DNA from: Ranitomeya imitator
Taxonomy: Eukaryota
Length of the DNA stretch: 64,000 bases
Direction: 5' to 3'
Assembly (NCBI RefSeq): GCF_032444005.1
Contig: NC_091291.1
Coordinates: forward strand, 141,670,001 to 141,734,000
Positions 58,325 through 64,000 of the stretch are shown here, one piece after another (the first letter of the stretch is position 1; each line of letters begins with the position of its first letter). Both the position numbers and the translations under genes were made by a program. The notes beneath the pieces are model-generated. The model was not told the origin of the DNA and searched no databases. It saw only the letters and a program-made list of their open reading frames with translations.

Positions 58325-59171
58325 TTAAAAAAAAAAGGTAAATGTCTCCATCTTCCTAATAAACCATGTTTACTTGGATCTGTCCCCAGCACCCGATGTG
58401 CTGATATGTGGATCATGCCACATCTCTATTTATACAGCACATAGAACGTATGTATTTTACCTCCACTCAGGACTATTTCTCACCCGGCGGAACACTGGAT
58501 CCTCGTTACTATGGAAACTACATTAACATGGCAACCCTGTGATGGTCTGTGAATGGGAAGCGGGTGCATTGTGGGAAAACTCATGATAACGTTCAAGGAA
58601 GGAGGTGAGTGAAATTCTTTCATTTCGTATTGTTCTAAGGGCTGAATAATTAGACCATACAATAGACTGATGTAAAGGGATTCGTCTCACAGTATTGGAT
58701 TTGCAGACGATAGCCGAAAAGTAGCATAAAATGCATATAAATGTCTCTTCTATCTGTGTGCTGCAATCCTAACACAATGACGTCGTCGTAATGTTCCATC
58801 AATGATTGTTTATGTGGTGTCAGTAGACAACAGGGGGCGCCACGTTGGTTGCTAATGTGTGAGGGAAAAAATGCACAGTGTTATTATCAGACCCGGAGGC
58901 TGGTAACAATATAGAGAGCGACAGACACAGTGTTGTAGGGTGTACACCCAATGCCCTGGGCACAGGCCATTGTTAGAAAATGTCTGTGATGTTACAGAAA
59001 TCACAGACAAATATTAAAAATATATATTCCTTGCAAAGAGCATTAGTCACCGTTACATGGGCGCCAGTTCTAAAATAATTTTGCCGGATGTGTAGGGCAT
59101 TGAGTTGGTCAAGCTTTGTTCACTTTCACAAATTGGTTGGGCATTGTTTACTTAACATATTACTAATTTAA

Positions 59172-60178
59172 AGGGAATATGTCTAATAAAAAAAACACTT
59201 AGTCTACAGATACGGGGTTAATCTGCAGGTTTATAGCATTCTGATCCTGCCCTGTGCCCGCACTTAGAGCCCCGATGCCAGGAAGAAATTAACTTTCTAT
59301 CCCCCTCGCTGGCAGCCTCGGTTTTCAGTCATAGGAGTGGTGCTGTCGCGGATTCTGTCACCACTCAGTATATAGAGGGCACTGACTGACAGCTCACTCA
59401 TCATTTGGACCGGCTGTCAGTCAGTGCTGGGGCTTGGTTTCACCCACTGGCGCCACCCCTGTGACTGAAGCCGAGACGCTGCGAGGGGAGTAAAGTCAAT
59501 TTCCTCCCGTCAGCGGGGCTCAAAGTTCAGGTGACGGACAGGTTCAGAACGATATTAAAAGGAGGTTTTTGTTTGTTTTTTTGTTGTTGTTTTTTTAAGG
59601 AAGTAGTATAACTTTTATCATATGTGGACCTTTGGACAAAATGGGCACGTGTTATGTGAATATTTGATGTCTGTCTATGTAGCAATACTGACTGGTGGAT
59701 TATCCACGCTTATATTCATAGAATTTATCCCTGTTTTGATATGTCTGATTATGAGCAGCTATAAGGAGATGGGACACATTAGTATTTAGGGCATTTGCGT
59801 ATATCTAGGGTACCAGTCTCTAGAGTCAGGCAGACACCATAGTAGTGTTTTAGTGGTCAGCCCCTTTCATGCAGACAATCCCTCATAATAATCATAACCA
59901 CAATCTCCTTTTCACCCACACTTTGAGACTTTGAGATATCATCAACTATTGTCAGTTTACTTCATAGTTTGGATATTGTAACCAATTGCTGCTATTTATC
60001 ATTAGGATTATATATTTTTTTGTTTTGTTTGGGGTTGTCTTCTAACTACGGTATATAATTAAAACTGTTTGTTTTTAGGGGATTGTCTTGTAAGTCAGAA
60101 CGCCATTACCTTGCAGATTAACCCCATATCTGCAGGTTATAATAGCATCTTTTTTTTTTTTCACGTAACAGAATCCCT
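59172..60178. mobile_element. T2-type MITE split by a ~530-bp insertion
   Basis: TTAA|AGGGAATATGTC ... ACAGAATCCCT|TTA; TCAGAACG..ATTA is duplicated at ~59544 and ~60095 around an insert that starts with a T-rich run. Confidence 0.5.
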
Positions 60179-60929
60179 TTATTTTAACTATGCTAATACT
60201 AACAGCCATGCCAATGTAAGAAGATCAAGACATTGTGGTTTAAACTTGAAAAAATCAGAAAAATGAGTTTCACATCCTGCTGCACCTGCGGTTTTTTTTT
60301 TTGTTTGTTTTTCAACAAAAAATTATAGCATCATTTTTACACTTACTCATTGCTTTCTAATGGGGTGGAAAAAAACACTGAAAGAATTGACATCGTACTG
60401 TTTTTAAAAACACAGCACTTTTACAATTCACTCAGGAAAAAATTGTGTGTGCATGTTACTTCTGAAATATCGTAACTATTGCTGGTACTGTAAAACGCAG
60501 ATTTAGTTTGCACAGTTTAGCAAAAACGCAATGTGTGAACATAGCCTAAAGGGGCTTTTAAAAGTTTTCAAGGGAGAAGGGATCTTAAACTATACACTTG
60601 TATTCACAGCACCAAATAGACTTGCACACCGCACAGGAGAGAGATGCCATCATGTAAAATATGCCATCGTGCTCCTATAACTCGCATACCGTAATAAGAA
60701 GCTTCATCCATGCACTATACCCTGCTATATTCACACCTTAGTTCAAGTATAGTTATCGGGGTCCACCTGGCACCTTTGGGGTGCACATATTACAGGACAT
60801 TTTTTTTTTTCAAGAGTTTTGTTTTCTTGATTTTTAAATGGAACAGAAGACCCGAATTCTGTGCTCAGTTGTGAACCAAGCCTTACCAATTACATTATTT
60901 GGTTCAGTTGTCTCTTTATATAACTTTAA

Positions 60930-61386
60930 GGGTAAATTCACACTAGCCGTTTTTTAATCCTTTATTTCATGCAATTTTCAGCTGCGTTTTACAGTACTAG
61001 TAATGTCTGAGAATCCAGAAATATCATGCACACACATATTTTTTTTGTCATCAGTATTTTGTGCTATGCATTTTTTTTTTTTTTTTTTGCCCAATAGAGC
61101 ACGTCACTACTTTCATGTTTTTCTTTCTGCGGTTTTTTTTAACCATTTTTCACACATTGACCTGAATGGGTGGTGAAAAAATGCTGAAAATCCGCAGGTA
61201 TCAGGTTTTGCTGTGTTGTTTTGTGCCAAAACCTGATTCTGTAGAATAGGACTTTTTGTTTCCACTAAACGTTATCATGCACAAGAAACAAATCTAGGGT
61301 GCCAAAAACGCAGCAAAAAAACAGGTGTAGGGATCAGCTTTTGCTGCAGAAAAACAATGAAAACAATGCCTAGTGTGATCTTACCC
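60930..61386. mobile_element. TAA/TTA-flanked MITE
   Basis: TAA|GGGTAAATTCACACTAG ... CTAGTGTGATCTTACCC|TTA. Confidence 0.7.
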
Positions 61387-62105
61387 TTAAAGATAACTTT
61401 AAAAGTTTAAACTTGATAGGCCCAAGGATATGCTCACGTCATGGACAGGGACAGCTCCTCCATCTTCAGGTCTGTGCGCCCTGCTAGTGTCCTGGGATAA
61501 AGTCCTGCAGGTGACATCATGTGACCACTGATGATAGTCAGCAGCTGCTGATCGGCTGCAGCATCCTAGTTTCGTCCATACAAGACACCTCAAGCTGTCA
61601 CTTGATTCATGCTTCGTCATTCTTCATGTCTGCTACATTGCCTGTATCCCCCCTGTTCTAGTTCGTTTTTCTGCTGTTGTCTTATGACCTCAATCCATGG
61701 CTTCTTATCTGGTTTTGGCACAGCTGTGTTTTCCCTATAACTACATACTGACTAATAATTATGTCTATAGCGCCAACATATTCTGCAGCACTTTACATTT
61801 CAGAGACAAATATATTTTTGGTCGATATTCTGTCCTTTTAACCAATGTAATTCAAAGGGATTGTGTCATCTGAAAATGAACTGTTGATTAAAGTAAGTTT
61901 TTGTGTTATGCATATACATTTTTTTTTTATTTTGTCAATGTTGTTGTCTTGTTTTTTTTCAAAATCACGATCTTTATAAACAAAAACTAAAATATAGAAA
62001 TCTTGTAATTTTCACACTGGCCACTGGGGCTTTATTACACTCCTACTTAATTTCAGGAAGTTTTCAGAAAACTCATTATCAGGGGCTGAATTATAATAAC
62101 CAGTA

Positions 62106-62455
62106 ACCTCTCTATATACATAGCCACCATTCACAATAGGTGATGTCACAGCTCACCTCCTCCTCCTGTACAATGACTGATAACACCTCTATATACAGTA
62201 GATAACACAGTATCCACCATCCACAATAGGTGATGTCACAGCTCACCTCCTCCCCCTGTACAATGACTGATAACACCTCTATATACAGTAGATAACACAG
62301 TATCCACCATCCACAATAGGGGATGTCACAGCTCACCTCCTCCTGTACAATGACTGATAACACCTCTATATACAGTAGATAACACAGGATCCACCATTCA
62401 CAATAGGTGATGTCACAGCTCACCTCCTCCTCCTGTACAATGACTGACTGATAAC
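62106..62455. repeat. ~90-bp tandem repeat, ~4 copies
   Basis: GATGTCACAGCTCACCTCCTCC...TGTACAATGACTGATAACA at 62141, 62231, 62321 and 62408. Confidence 0.9.
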
Positions 62456-63802
62456 AGGAGCAAGCGACACTACTCTGTCCTCTTCCTGGACCTGTCTTCT
62501 GCCTTCGACACGGTGTACCATTCCCTCCTGTTACAGATTCTCTCCATCTCTTGGCATCACAGACTTGGCCCTATCGTGGATCTCGTCCTATCTAACAGAC
62601 AGAACATTCAGTGTCTCCCTCCCCCACACCACCTCCTCACTTCGCCCCTTGTCCGTCGGTGCTCATCAAGGCTCAGTCCTAGGACCCCTACTCTTCTCCA
62701 TCTACACCTTCGGCCTGGGACAGCTTCTAGAATCCCACGGTATGCAGTACCATCTCTACGCCGATGACACGCAGATCTACCTATCCATTCCTGACCTCAC
62801 CTCCTTACTTGCCAAAATCCCGCACTGTCTGTCTGCTATTTTAGCCTTCTTTTCTGCTCGCTTTCTACAACTGAACATGGACAAAACAGAATTCATCTTT
62901 CCCCCATCTCACTCTACCCCTCCACCAGACCTATCAATCAATGTCAATGGCTGCTCACTTTCCCCAGTCCCACACGCCCGGTGCCTCGGGGTGATCCTCG
63001 ACTCTGCCCTCCCTCTCTTTCAAGCCATATATCCAAGCTCTTGCCTCCTCCTGCCGTTTCAAACTAAAAAATATTTCTCGGATCCGCGCATTCCTTGACC
63101 GCGACACCACAAAAGCACTAGTGCATGCCCTTCTCATCTCCCGCCTCGACTACTGCAACCTCCTCCTCTCTGGCCTCCCCTCTAGCACTCTGGCACCACT
63201 CCAATCCATCCTACACTCTGCTGCCTGACTAATCTTCTTGTCTCCCCGCTATTCCCTGGCCGTTCCCCTATGCCAAGCCCTTCACTGGCTTCCTATTGCC
63301 CAGAGACTCCAGTTCAAAACCCTCACAATGACATACAAAGCCATCCACAACCTGTCTCCTCCATACATCTGTGACATGGTCTCCCGGTACTTACCTACAC
63401 GCAACCTCCGATCCTCACAAGATCTCCTTCTCTACTCCCCTCTCATCTCTTCTTCCCACAACCGCATCCAAGACTTCTCCCGTGCTTCCCCCATACTCTG
63501 GAACTCTCTACCCCAACACATCAGACTCTCGCCTACCATAGAAACCTTCAAAAATAACCTGAAGACCCACCTCTTCCGACAAGCCTACAGCCTGCAGTGA
63601 TCCTGAACTTACTGAACCACCGCACAACCAGCTCTACACTATCCTAGTGTATCCTCACCCATCCCCTGCAGACTGTGAGCCCTCGTGGGCAGGGTCCTCC
63701 CTCCTTATGTACCCGAGTGCCTTGTTTTTTGCTCATGTTTAATGTATTTGTCTATATTTGCCCCGTATTCACATGTAAAGCACCATGGAATAAATGGCGC
63801 TA
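62450..63802 (+). mobile_element. Decayed L2/CR1-clade LINE (RT to 3' end), cut by an assembly gap
   Basis: [33 protein letters not shown] (YADD 62757-62768), LHWLPIAQRLQFK...FKNNLKTHLF; frameshifts and a stop; tail TGTAAAGCACCATGG...GGCGCTA. Confidence 0.92.
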
Positions 63803-63968
63803 NNNNNNNNNNNNNNNNNNNNNNNNNNNNNNNNNNNNNNNNNNNNNNNNNNNNNNNNNNNNNNNNNNNNNNNNNNNNNNNNNNNNNNNNNNNNNNNNNN
63901 NNNNNNNNNNNNNNNNNNNNNNNNNNNNNNNNNNNNNNNNNNNNNNNNNNNNNNNNNNNNNNNNNNNN
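63803..63968. other. Assembly gap (166 N)
   Basis: Run of n. Confidence 0.99.
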
Positions 63969-64000
63969 AGGTACCGTCACACTAGACGATATCGCTAGCG

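Noticed and set aside
50900-64000. Exons of FEZ1 (expected upstream neighbour) or CHEK1; tRNA or rRNA genes
   Set aside because: No matching peptides or RNA-gene signatures seen anywhere in the window.

Overview
Vertebrate genomic DNA. The repeat repertoire (DIRS1-like, TTAA-flanked T2/Kolobok-type MITEs, L2, L1, Tc1, Penelope-type remnant) points to a frog; this is inference. Two complete minus-strand genes could be traced exon by exon with GT-AG boundaries and continuous frames. STT3A has 17 coding exons (4795-14619, 705 aa), with a probable non-coding exon 1 and promoter near 22985-23400. EI24 has 10 coding exons (27299-39703, 334 aa), with a probable exon 1 near 50672-50760. The order EI24>STT3A matches human 11q24. 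A nearly intact DIRS1-like retrotransposon fills 1-3923. More than a dozen unrelated tandem arrays (24-90 bp units, the largest about 10 kb) fill introns and flanks; the long ORFs in the track are repeat artefacts. Top leads: (1) a 208-bp Penelope-type insert in STT3A intron 1 carrying a minimal type-I hammerhead ribozyme motif whose only two junction-core substitutions (C3A, G8U) are a compensatory pair; (2) a VNTR that has copied the STT3A exon-13 end plus its splice donor 11 extra times; (3) tandem arrays that grew out of inverted-repeat arms, including a ~170-copy array in EI24 intron 1 with a 9/10 p53 half-site in each unit. All coordinates were counted by hand; exon boundaries were cross-checked by frame, while repeat edges are approximate.
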